Source: Takakia lepidozioides
Taxonomy: Eukaryota; Plantae; Bryophyta
Direction: 5' to 3'
DNA length: 64,000 nt
Assembly (NCBI GenBank): GCA_030704615.1
Contig: CM060733.1
Coordinates: 63,674,001 to 63,738,000, forward strand
A model generated the notes under the pieces. That model was not told the origin of the DNA and searched no databases. It saw only the letters and a program-made list of their open reading frames with translations. Below are positions 54,041 to 64,000 of this stretch, one piece after another; position 1 is the stretch's first letter, and every line of letters starts with the position of its first letter. Both the position numbers and the translations under genes were made by a program.

Positions 54041-57000
54041 TTGGAGGAGGTGCACATTGTGAGTGTCATTGCGGAGTTATCCAAGGGTTTTGAGGGGAGT
54101 ACGGCTACAAGCAGTAACAGTGAGAGTGGGTTCACAAGACGAGGTATTCGGTTCAGACCACCTTCACCGCCACCCTCAACTACTGTAGAGTCAGACACAG
54201 ACTCGGAGGCTTCATCAACAGGTGTGCACTTTCATTCGCCATTGTTGTGGGACGACATGGAGGAGATGTATGGAGCTACCAAGGGGCCTCGTAGGTACTC
54301 TGGAGCTGTGGGCACAATCGAGTTGGATGACTTTATCCAGGAGTTCGACAGCTGGTGTGATTTGCAGCAGATGCGCAATCCACAGCTATTCACCCCATTC
54401 ATGGCGTGGAAGGGACTGTTCCAGCATTTGGAAGGCCCGCCTATGGACGATTACCACGAGTTCAGGCGAGGACATGAAGCAGAGATTGAGGAGTGGAGGA
54501 TGTATTGGTCACCTGACTACGTCTCCATTACTCGAGGCACGACGCGACCAGTAGCTGCATCAGTACCAGTAGCTCCCACTGCCAGCACTAGTAGTGGAGC
54601 AAGTAGTGCTGGTGCTTCTGCAGGTGGTACCAGTTCAAAAGGTGCTACTACTCCTCCTGCTACGACTACAACACATGTGCCTAGATTCAACCCGGTGGTG
54701 GAGTTCTTCCAGGAGTTGCGGAGGAACTACCAAGGCGTACGGACAGAGAAGCTGCGAAGTTTGCAAGATTTCCAGCGCAAACCCAGTGAGAGCCTGCGAG
54801 AGGCGTACACTCGTATGAGGCGCTTGATAAGTGTGACCCAAGGGGTTACTGAAGCTCAGGCAATCCAGTTTTGGTATGGAATTCTGGACAAGGAGCTCAA
54901 AAGAAGGGTGCGAGACGCAACCCTGTTACAAGCAGCCCAACCCACAATAGCAGATGTGTTTCTGCTGGCTGAGCGGATTGAGCTCAACATGGTGGAGGAG
55001 CGAGTTGTTACAATTGGATTTGGCAAGGACATGCCTGCACGGGGCACAGCTGTCAGCCCACAGGCACAAGGGACTGCCCAACAGCGTGGTCAGGGGGGCA
55101 AGGCTGCCCAGCCCAAGTTCCATGGAGCTTACAGGGGACCTCAGGTGTGGTGTCTTTTGCAGGCCAACAGCAACCAGGGGTGATATGTTGGACATGTGGA
55201 GGACCCCATGTCAAGAGAGATTGCCCAGAGAGTGGCAAAAGGCCGGCACAAGCACAGCCTGCACAGTTGCAATGTGGGCATTGTGGCAAGTATGGGCATG
55301 GAGATACCCAGTGTTATGACTTGCATCCTGAGTTGCACCCAGGCTAGTTGCAAGGGAACAATGGTGGCCGGGGGCGAGGTGGACCAGCCCAAAGAGGACG
55401 AGGTGGTCGGGCACGAGGTGCAGGCCAAGGGCAAGCTCCACATGGCCAAGGACGCGGAGGTCAGGGTGTTGACCAAGGCATGGCCAATCGGCTTCAACAG
55501 CTAGAGAAGAGGCTCGCTGCCATGGCTATAGCTCAGGTGGTACCGGCTCCCAGGCGGGATGGTCCACCTCCTGCTCCTGAGGGAGGAGATATGGGAGGCA
55601 TGGGATTTATGTGCGGAGCAGCACTACCACTAGAGCAGGTGGAGTCTGCTGCAGCCGTGACTCGAGGAGCAGCACGAGTTCCTGAGCCACGAGGTGCAGA
55701 GGTGGAATCGGATGCACAGCGTGGGGAGGCAAGCCGTCAGGCGAGGCTTCCTCAGTCATTCACATTGGCGGAGACTGTGTCGACGCCATCCATGGCACCT
55801 AGTTCTCGCCTGACTGTTACCGAGGCGGAGGTTACTATGCCATTGGGGAGAGCTACATGTGCAGCACTGACACCTGCTACCAAGGCTAGTGCAGCCGGTG
55901 TGTTGTTGGGGGCAGCCACCTTTGTGTGTCAAGCCCCACTGTTCTCGGCAACCATGATTGCGACGCCGGGAGTGAGACCAGCTGCAGTGTTCAGACTAGC
56001 AGCAACACTCTGTGAGAGTGGGGAGGTCACTTCATCTTCTGCGGAATTAGTGGAAGGTGTAGTGGCAGAGGGATCCTCGGATTTGAGGGTCAAGACTGCC
56101 ACGGCAGCGCCCTGGCAAGCTGCAGCTGTCAGATTGACGGAGCTGCCAGCTAGGCCAGCCTTTGAGCGCGCCACAGTGACACCTGGAGTTGTCTTGTTAG
56201 ACAACCAGGGAGGCATTTTCACTTTGAGTGGACCGGCAGGCAAGAAGTACCGGCCACTGCGGGTCTTGTTGGACTCGGGAGCCCAGCCACTGATGTTGGG
56301 CAGAGCTGCTATTGCAGGTTTGGGCCTCATGGAGGCGGATATGGAGCCTTGTCCTTTCCAGATATAGACATCTCTGGGAGGATCAGAGCAGGCTCGGGGC
56401 ATGACACGGCATCAGTTGGCCATTAGACTGCAGCCGGATCATCCTATAGATGGCTCAGTGATGCGAGCCAAGGCCATTGTGACAGACGCGATCTCTTACG
56501 ATGTCCTCGTTGGTGGGGCAGTATTATATCCCATGGGCTTCACCCTAGACTTTTGGGAGGAGTCAGCATCCTACAGGCCTGGATGGCAGTCAGGGGATGG
56601 TCGCCGTGCACAGCTCCCTGTGACATTCATTGGGGGTATTGCAGCTGTCCAGCGGGGCAAGATACCAACACTAGCTGCCTTCACAGCTGCAGTTAGTTGG
56701 CCTGGAGAGTTGCTGGAAGGCAATGCCCATGCAGAGGATGTGCCACCTCCAGCAGAGCAGGATGACATGCATGGTACGGTGGAGTTGCCTGCCATGGTTG
56801 CTCACACCCCATTGTGGGGTACGAGCAAGGATTTGCAGCAAGCTGCTGATAGACGGGTGCAACAAGCTTGGGTAGAAGCTTTTGTACCGTCAGGAGAGGA
56901 GGAGAGTGCGGTGATTGCACCAGGAAAACCTCAGTTGTCGCCATTGGACACCACACCTCTTGTGTGGCAGCGGCCGGATCAAGGCATATGCCTTCTGGAC

Positions 57001-58233
57001 TTATTTGGCGGGATCAGCACTGGATTGGCTGCAGTGTTGCAGGCAGGTGTACGAGTTCGACGTTACCTGTATGTGGAGAGGGATGAGACTGCACGATGCG
57101 TCTCACTGCGCCATGTTGCTCAGATGCTGCAGCAGCACCCTGAGTTGTTGCCGGTGTCTGCAGTTCGTGGATATCAGCAGGCCTTGCCAGCAGACATTGT
57201 GTTGCTGGGGGCGCAGGATTTGGAGCGGATTGGCTCCATTGATCTGGTAGTGGCAGGTTGGCCCTGCCAAGGGCATTCATCAGCCGGGCATGGCAATGGA
57301 TTGCGAGACTCGAGGACGGGTCTATTTTGGGAGATGGTGCGGATTTTGCGCTACTTGCAGCTTCATCAGGCTGTATCTCCGGCATACATCTTGGAGAATG
57401 TGCCACTGATGGGTGATTCTCGGGCCAGGGTGATGGCCAGTGTGCATCAAGTCCGGTCGTGGCTTGGGTCAGCAGTGTTGCTGGATGCAGCTGTAGTGGG
57501 GTCACGGGCTCATCGTCCACGGCTTTGGTGGACTAACTTGATGCCACCCACACTGCTCAAGCGTGCATTTGATGGGGTGCAACGCCTAGCACACCTCACC
57601 GTGGATGGCATTTTGGACACAGGGAGGCAGTCTCAATGTGTGAGACATAATGACCGTTCGCCGTTGGCAGTGGTCAACAGGATGGGTCACCCACGAGCAG
57701 CATTACCTACATTGCTCAGCTTCCCAGGCTCCCATGCTTTTCGGGATGGTGGACCTGGCCTCCTGTGGGATGCTCAGTTGCAGCAGTTAGTGGAGCCTAA
57801 TGCCGACGAGCGAGAGCGGGCTATGGGGTTTTCCACTGGGACCACGGCGGTGCCTTCTCTTTCTGAGGCATCACGTCGTCAGGTGTTGGGGCAAGCAATG
57901 GATCTCAATTGCTTGACCTGGATTATCAGCTTGGCTATGGCTGAGCAACGTAGAGTGCGGAGTGCACTTCCCTTGACGGTCTCTCTGCCTACCGAGACGG
58001 TATAGGCAACGAGTGGGGGTGAGCCGGTGAGGACCACGGGGTGTAGACATCCATGGCACACGTGGGAGGTGCTCGAGGTCCAGATGGAGTTGGCAGCCAA
58101 GGCAGCTGTGATGGATGAGGTTGGGGATTCTTCTCGGGTTGAGGAGGTTCTCAATGATGAGATGATGGGGCAGGATGAGGCCTTGTCATTGACTGAGCAG
58201 GAAGGGAGTATTGCTCAAGAGGTTGCAGCATAG
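54041..58233 (+). pseudogene. Gag (two Zn knuckles) - aspartic protease - C5 cytosine DNA methyltransferase polyprotein
   Basis: CWTCGGPHVKRDC, CGHCGKYGHGDTQC, LLDSGAQ (56272), DLFGG, VERD, AGWPCQG (Cys 57265), ILENV, AHRPRLWWTN, ERERAMGF, LGQAMD; frameshift ~55145 and TAGs at 55345, 56365, 58003 that are sense codons in the minus-strand copy. Confidence 0.9.
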
Positions 58234-61200
58234 CAACCACGGGACGCGTCCTCTACCTCTAAGCCCACTGGACTTAAGGTTGCAGTTACGGAGGACAATT
58301 GGGAGCCTGACATTGGACCCATTGTCACCGGAGGAGAGAGACGACGTATGCGGCGGTTCCTGAGGGCTTATAGGAATTGCTTTGCCTTCAGTTTGAAGGA
58401 CTTGGGAGCACTGAAGGGTCAAGAGATCCGTATTGAGTTGGCCACTGACACGCCAATCTTTCGGAGACCCTATAGATACAGTGACATGGAGAGGTCTTTG
58501 ATTCAGATGAGGACTCAAGATCTCTGGGAGGCAGGTTTGGTGGAGCTCTCTGGTGGAGAGTATGCTTCAGCCACAGTGATGCCAGCCAAGAAGGATGTCT
58601 ATGGCAATTGGACGGAGAGACGCATGTGCGGTGATTACCGGCCTGTAAATCGTCAGACCAAGTCTGATAGGTATGCCATGCCAACACCAGAGGAGATCTT
58701 TGATGCCATTGGGCATGCCAAGGTCTTTAGCACATTGGATTTACGATCCGGATATCACCAGTTGCCGATCAAGGAGGCGGATAAGCAAAAGACGACATTC
58801 TGGGGGATCAATGAGCACGGGAAGGATTGCCTATACCAGTGGCGGTTCTTACCATTTGGGCTTAAAACGCTCCCGCTGAGTTTCAAAGAGTCATGGACAG
58901 GATTCTAGCAGGGGTGGAGTTTGCTCGGTGCTACATAGATGACATCATCATCTTTAGTGCTACGGTGGAGGAGCATGAGAGACACCTTCAGGGGGTATTT
59001 GAGCGCTTGAGGACGCACGGATTGAAGTTACATCCGGGCAAGTGCAAGTTTTTCCACAACCAGATTGAGTATCTGGGTCACATGATATATCCTGGAGGAT
59101 TGGGGGTACAACAGACTAAGGTAGAGTCCATTGCACAGGTTCCACGCCCCACGGATGTGAGCCGAGTTCGAGCTTTCATGGGGTTAGCAAACTATTACAG
59201 ACGGTTTGTTAAGGGATTTAGTGCCATTGCAAAGGCTCTAACCAAGCTGACCAAGGTGGACCAGGAGTGGCAGTGGGAAGATGAGCAGGAACAAGCTTTC
59301 CAAGAGCTCAAGGCGAGGTTGACCTCGGCGCCCATCTTGAGACGACCTATCAGGGGGCGTCCCTTTCAGCTGCATACGGATTGGAGCATGCTGGGGCTTG
59401 GAGCGGTGCTCACACAGGTGGATGATGAGGGAAGAGAGTTCGTAGTGGCTTATGCTAGCCGCTCGAACAATGCTGCCGAGTCTAAGTATAGCTCATATGA
59501 GGGAGAATGCTTAGCTGCAGTGTGGGCCGTGGCACACTTCAGGTGCTATCTATACGGCAATCTTTTCACCCTTGTCACGGATCACCAACCACTCAAGTGG
59601 TTGATGGAGTCAGACAAGCTTACGGGGAAGCTTGCACGGTGGGTACTCATCCTTCAAGAGTATGACTTTCAGGTGGTGCATCGACCGGGTTTGGTCAATC
59701 GCAATGCAGATGGGTTGAGTCGCAATCCATGCACGAGCCAGCAGGATGACACTGGAGCTCGGTGGCATGGTGAGACGGACGAGGAGATGGTGCCCGGATG
59801 GCATGCATCTGCATTTCTGTGTATCTTGGCAGCGGAAGGCCAGGTTGGACCTGCAACAGGGATGACTGTGGATCAAGTGTCTGAGGACCCTGAGGCCAGC
59901 AATGAGCAAGGTGGCGCCAAAGATATACATGAGGATTCAGCTGTGTTGGACTATCTTTGCACTGGAGACACGGCAGCCACTGTGACTGCCAAGGAGAGGG
60001 ATCGGATCCTACAACGAGCCAAGAGGTTCAAGTGGGAGGGGACACACCTGCTCCGAGTGTGGGAGGATGGTCGAGTGAGGATTGTGCCTCACCCAACACA
60101 GCGGGCACGGTTAGTGCGGCATGCCCACGAGGAGTTGGGGCATTTTGGGGTGCGACGCACCCATAGCCTACTGCAGGGGCAGTATTGGTGGCGTGGTATG
60201 CACACAGAGGTGCAACAATTTGTGGCTAGGTGCATGGTGTGTGACAGGGTGCGTGCTTCATTCAACGCCCCTACTCCACAATTGCACCCTCTTCCAATCA
60301 TGGGATTGGGCTACAGGTGGAGTCTTGACTTCGCAGGGCCGTTGCCACTGACCATGCGCCACAACAAGTACGTGTTGGTGATGGTGGAGCACTTCTCCAA
60401 GTGGATTGAATTGGTTCCATTGCCTGATAAGGCTAGTGAGGGAGCTGCGTATGCATTCTTGGATTGTGTGCTTAGCCGATTCGGTGCTCCAGCTGAGGTA
60501 CTCACGGACCAAGGGAGAGAGTTCTTGGGGGAGTTTCAGGCTTTGTGTGACAAGGCCTTGATAGACCACCGCACCACTTCTTGGGATCATCCTGAGGCCG
60601 ATGGCTTGGCAGAGAGAGTTGCTCAGACAGTAAAGAGGGGTTTGCGCAAGTATGGCTTGCAGAAGGGACACCTAGGAGATTGGGACCTTCAGTTACCCTG
60701 GTTAGCCATGGGCTACAGGTTCAGCAAGCAAGCATCACTTGCCTCCTTCTCACCATACTTTCTTCTCTTTGGCCGAGAGCCGGATTTGCCTACATCCATT
60801 CGCAGAGAAGCTGCTACAGTTCTTAACCTTGACGATCCGGACGTATGGGCACGTGCATGTGAGCAGCGTGCAGAGTTGTTCAAGAGAGTCATGCCCATGG
60901 CTTTCGAGAACCTTGCCATTGCACAACACCGTGATATGTTGAGGTATGCTACCATACGTGGTGGGGGCTATCATCCTGGGGTTCGGAGATTCAACCCTGG
61001 TGACTATGTCTATCTGCAGCAGACTGCTCCTACGACCCTGGATGTGACTGCAGGACGTGTTATTTTGAGGGTTCGAGAGGTCTTGCCCTCAGGCGTCTTG
61101 GTCTTGGAGGGTCGGGATGGCATAACTTGGAAGGACCATGTGCGTAATTGTGCGCCATGTCACCTTCCGAATGTCGATGGCAGGATTGACCCAAACCTGG

Positions 61201-61367
61201 CAGTAGTATCTGCAGGTTTGAGGTGCATGTTGTGTGGGTCTGCTAAAGGGGCAGCCACCATGCTGGTGTGTGATCGATGCTCTAGAGGTTGGCATATGGG
61301 GTGCTTGACTCCACCTCTTGAGATGGTTCCAGATGGGGATTGGTTATGTCCACAATGCATTGGATAG
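58234..61367 (+). pseudogene. RT - RNase H - integrase - PHD finger
   Basis: LDLRSGYHQ, YIDD (58932), TDWS, HEELGHFG..CMVC, LDFAGP/TDQGREF/GLAER, C4HC3 PHD at 61224-61358; 1-bp frameshift at ~58866. Confidence 0.93.
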
Positions 61368-62522
61368 TGGGAGTGGATACAACCATGGGAGGCTAACAAG
61401 CAACGCAAGGCCCAGCTACAGGAGACCTTGAATACACGAAGTCCTGGCTCAAGTTCACAGATTGCAAGACGGCGACTAACGATGGGGCTACTCTTGTACC
61501 CGGCCTCTTGGTCTATAGAGTTTGAGTACGATAGGGACAGTGATAGAGGACTTAGTACGGCTATGGCTATTACGTCTTGTAGCTATCTGGAGGTAGAGGG
61601 ACCTATCCACCAGCTAGGGGGGCGATTGTGGTAGACTACTTTATTATGCATATATGTGTGGTGTGGTTTGGACAGCGATGTAGTTGTGTAGCGATATGTA
61701 TGCGCACGACAGCTGTCAAGGGATGGAGCCCTTGATGAACTTACATGAATATTGTCAAAAGCTAGCGTTAATCCACCAAGATCCAATCCCACGGTGGATG
61801 CTTGAAAGTTCATATAGTGAATGTAAGGGTATTTGGGTATGTTGTTATTGATTGATGCGGCTTGTGAAAATTGAACATTGAAATGTAGATCCGCCATTTT
61901 TCTTCCATAAAAAAATAAAACACGGGATCTCTGCATGTAACACAGTGGGGATGACCCACCCTTTTTTTCTGAAAAATTGAACGTAGTTCTCAGAATTCGT
62001 CGCTAGAAGTGCGGAGCAACGCGAAGCCCTAGTTCTAGCGACGACCGAAGGTCGGAAGCTAGTTTAGCGTAGAGCAGGAATAGGGTGCCATAGTGCCACA
62101 TCATCGTCGCCACGTTTCGTCGCCATGTCATCGTAGCCAGGTCATCGTAGACACGTCATCGTCGTCGTCAATTTCTTTGGAATCTGCCCGGATTGCCCGC
62201 CCAAAATATGCCAATAGAAATCGCCGCACCAACTTTTTCGGAACTGCCGCAATGCCCGGATCTTGATCTTCTTGAACTGCAGGAGCTCTGCCGCCATCGT
62301 TCACCTTGCAAGCTGCAAGCTCTCAACAAATTGAGGAAATCCATGCTGAGGTAGATTGTAGCCCTGCGTTGTCTTTTACGTTCCTGTCGTCTCTCACCGT
62401 CACCCGTTCCTGCATTTTCCCAATGGACCCATATCCCAGAATGCACACATTGGCCCTCACATGCATTAGGTTTTGCAACGGCGGCGGAGGATGAGGGTTC
62501 ATCTGCAGGAGCTTCGTCTTGG

Positions 62523-63680
62523 ATGCAGAGGCTGAAGAGTGTGTTCAAGAGCAAGACACCTTCATCAGATTCTTCCCAATCAGATACTTCAAAAGAAAAA
62601 TCTGTGTCTCAGCATGACCTTACAATGGAAAGTGAGTGCCATTCTACTGTGTCGCTAGGTGTTCTACTACAAATTCAACAATCTAATATCATAAAAGGCC
62701 CTCACTTGCATAATGACTGCTGGGAGTTGATCAGTATGAACCGTTGGATCACTTTGTTTATTTATTGCAAAGGACACTTCACGAATTTCTTAGTTGAATG
62801 AAATGATGGTGCAGACAAGTCTGCTTCTGGTACCAATTTGGCTTATAGGAGACAATGGCGGAGATTCGCAATATAGGACACCAGTATAACAGAGGGGGGG
62901 ATGTGGAAACTGGCCGATGGTTTCCGCCGGGAATGTAAGTCTTTCGTGGGAAGAGTAACAGTGATCAAACAAGCAAGAAATTTTATGTCTTCTTTCAATG
63001 AGTGCTTGAAGACCCCAGATTGAGAACCCAATCCTGTAGTTTGCAGCCACGGCGGTCAGAGGTTGGAAATTAGCCCAATAACCGGTCTAGTACAAGTATG
63101 TACTCGATTTGTGAATCTTTCTTTGAAATCTGGCTCTGTCTCTCAATAGATTTTCTTTGTGTTGTACAGATTTTGCAGATGAGTTGAAGAAGGCACGCCA
63201 GTTTGGAAGTCTAACGACATTTGGACGCGGCCTGCCCAGAGGGGGTGAAGTATCAGTTGTAAAATCCCTTGAGAGACAGGAGGGGATTCTTCGATCCCTA
63301 GCCCTACATGACCCTCTGGTATGCTTTTTCATTACATCTGAATTTGGTTGCTACAAGAAAGTCTGTTTCAATGTTTAATGAGAGCACCAACCTTCAGAAG
63401 TGGTAAACAGTTAAAGAGGGTTGCATACTGGACGGCCAGGCTTGCAGGTGAGCACACGATGTCTTCAGAAAGTAAGCAAGGGGCATCGGGCTGGGCATGG
63501 TGTGGGTCCAGCGAGTTGGAGAGCTGCACAAGGCTGAGGTGGCAACGGAGTAGGGGTGCACTGTGCGTGATGTTGATGCCGTACTGGCAAAGTACGAGTG
63601 GGCAAAGGAGGCAAAGAGGCGTGTGATGAAGCTTAAGGAGGAAGGCAAGCCGCTTCCCAAGTCTCTTGACGAGGTTCGTC
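62523..63680 (+). CDS. Exons of a conserved plant protein (SRP54 M-domain-like helical protein), probably partial or degenerate
   Basis: FADELKKARQFG...ERQEGILRSLALHDP (63170-63318) and GCTVRDVDAVLAKYEWAKEAKRRVMKLKEEGKPLPKSLDE (63555-63674) with adjacent splice-like sites; family recognised from memory. Confidence 0.55.
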
Positions 63681-64000
63681 TCCCGTGTTTGCTGCCTAAG
63701 AGCTCTTGTATGTTTTTGTTATGCTCTGGCAGCTGCATTCTCTTCTCAAAATCTCTCCTCCCGCTGTCTCACCAATGGCTTTCCACTGTTTGCCTGTTTC
63801 CTACCATCTTTTAATACCTTGAATGATGAAATATATTTGTCCCTGTACCTTGAATATAAGGTGGCCATAGCTGGGAGATGAAGGGTCTGGCCTGAGGTTG
63901 ACACCATGGATTTGTTGATTGGTGAGGGTGGAAGAGTTGATGGGGGGTCGCTGGAATGCGGCAGCATATGTGAATCTTGCAAAAAGTGGACAACTGAGTC

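Larger units (their letters stand above)
49950..61720 (+). mobile_element. Near-complete Ty3/Gypsy element with DNMT and PHD domains and a split LTR
   Basis: Flanks ...CTCGTGGTGTGG | GGATGGAGCCC... are contiguous (apart from CTTT) in the paralog at 41372-41400; PPT 61616-61626; LTR start 61627-61720, LTR remainder 49950-~50276. Confidence 0.85.

Overview
Repeat-rich nuclear DNA, most likely from a non-seed land plant (inferred from spliceosomal GT-AG introns, many PLS/DYW PPR pseudogenes, and Mutator-like, Ty3/Gypsy and LINE elements). Two systems stand out. (1) An apparently intact 11.36-kb Mutator-like element (14214-25568; imperfect TIRs, 9-bp TSD AGCTTCGAA) sits inside a hairpin satellite. 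It encodes a GCM-MULE-SWIM transposase and, divergently, a 9-exon ~1084-aa protein with a ParB/Srx-like domain and a beta-class amino-methyltransferase-like domain. The two large introns of that gene hold ~11 copies of a conserved 22-bp palindrome, suggesting a self-recognition/anti-silencing module. (2) A Ty3/Gypsy family (one near-complete copy at 49950-61720, plus fragments) carries a DNMT3-like C5 cytosine methyltransferase between protease and RT, a UAG-CAA-CCA readthrough-type stop shared by two copies, and a PHD finger on integrase. The near-complete copy has a split (permuted) single LTR and captured kinase fragments. The rest is decayed MULEs, LINE 3' ends, tandem repeats, PPR pseudogenes and broken host-gene fragments. 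All domain calls come from reading motifs by eye; no database searches were run.
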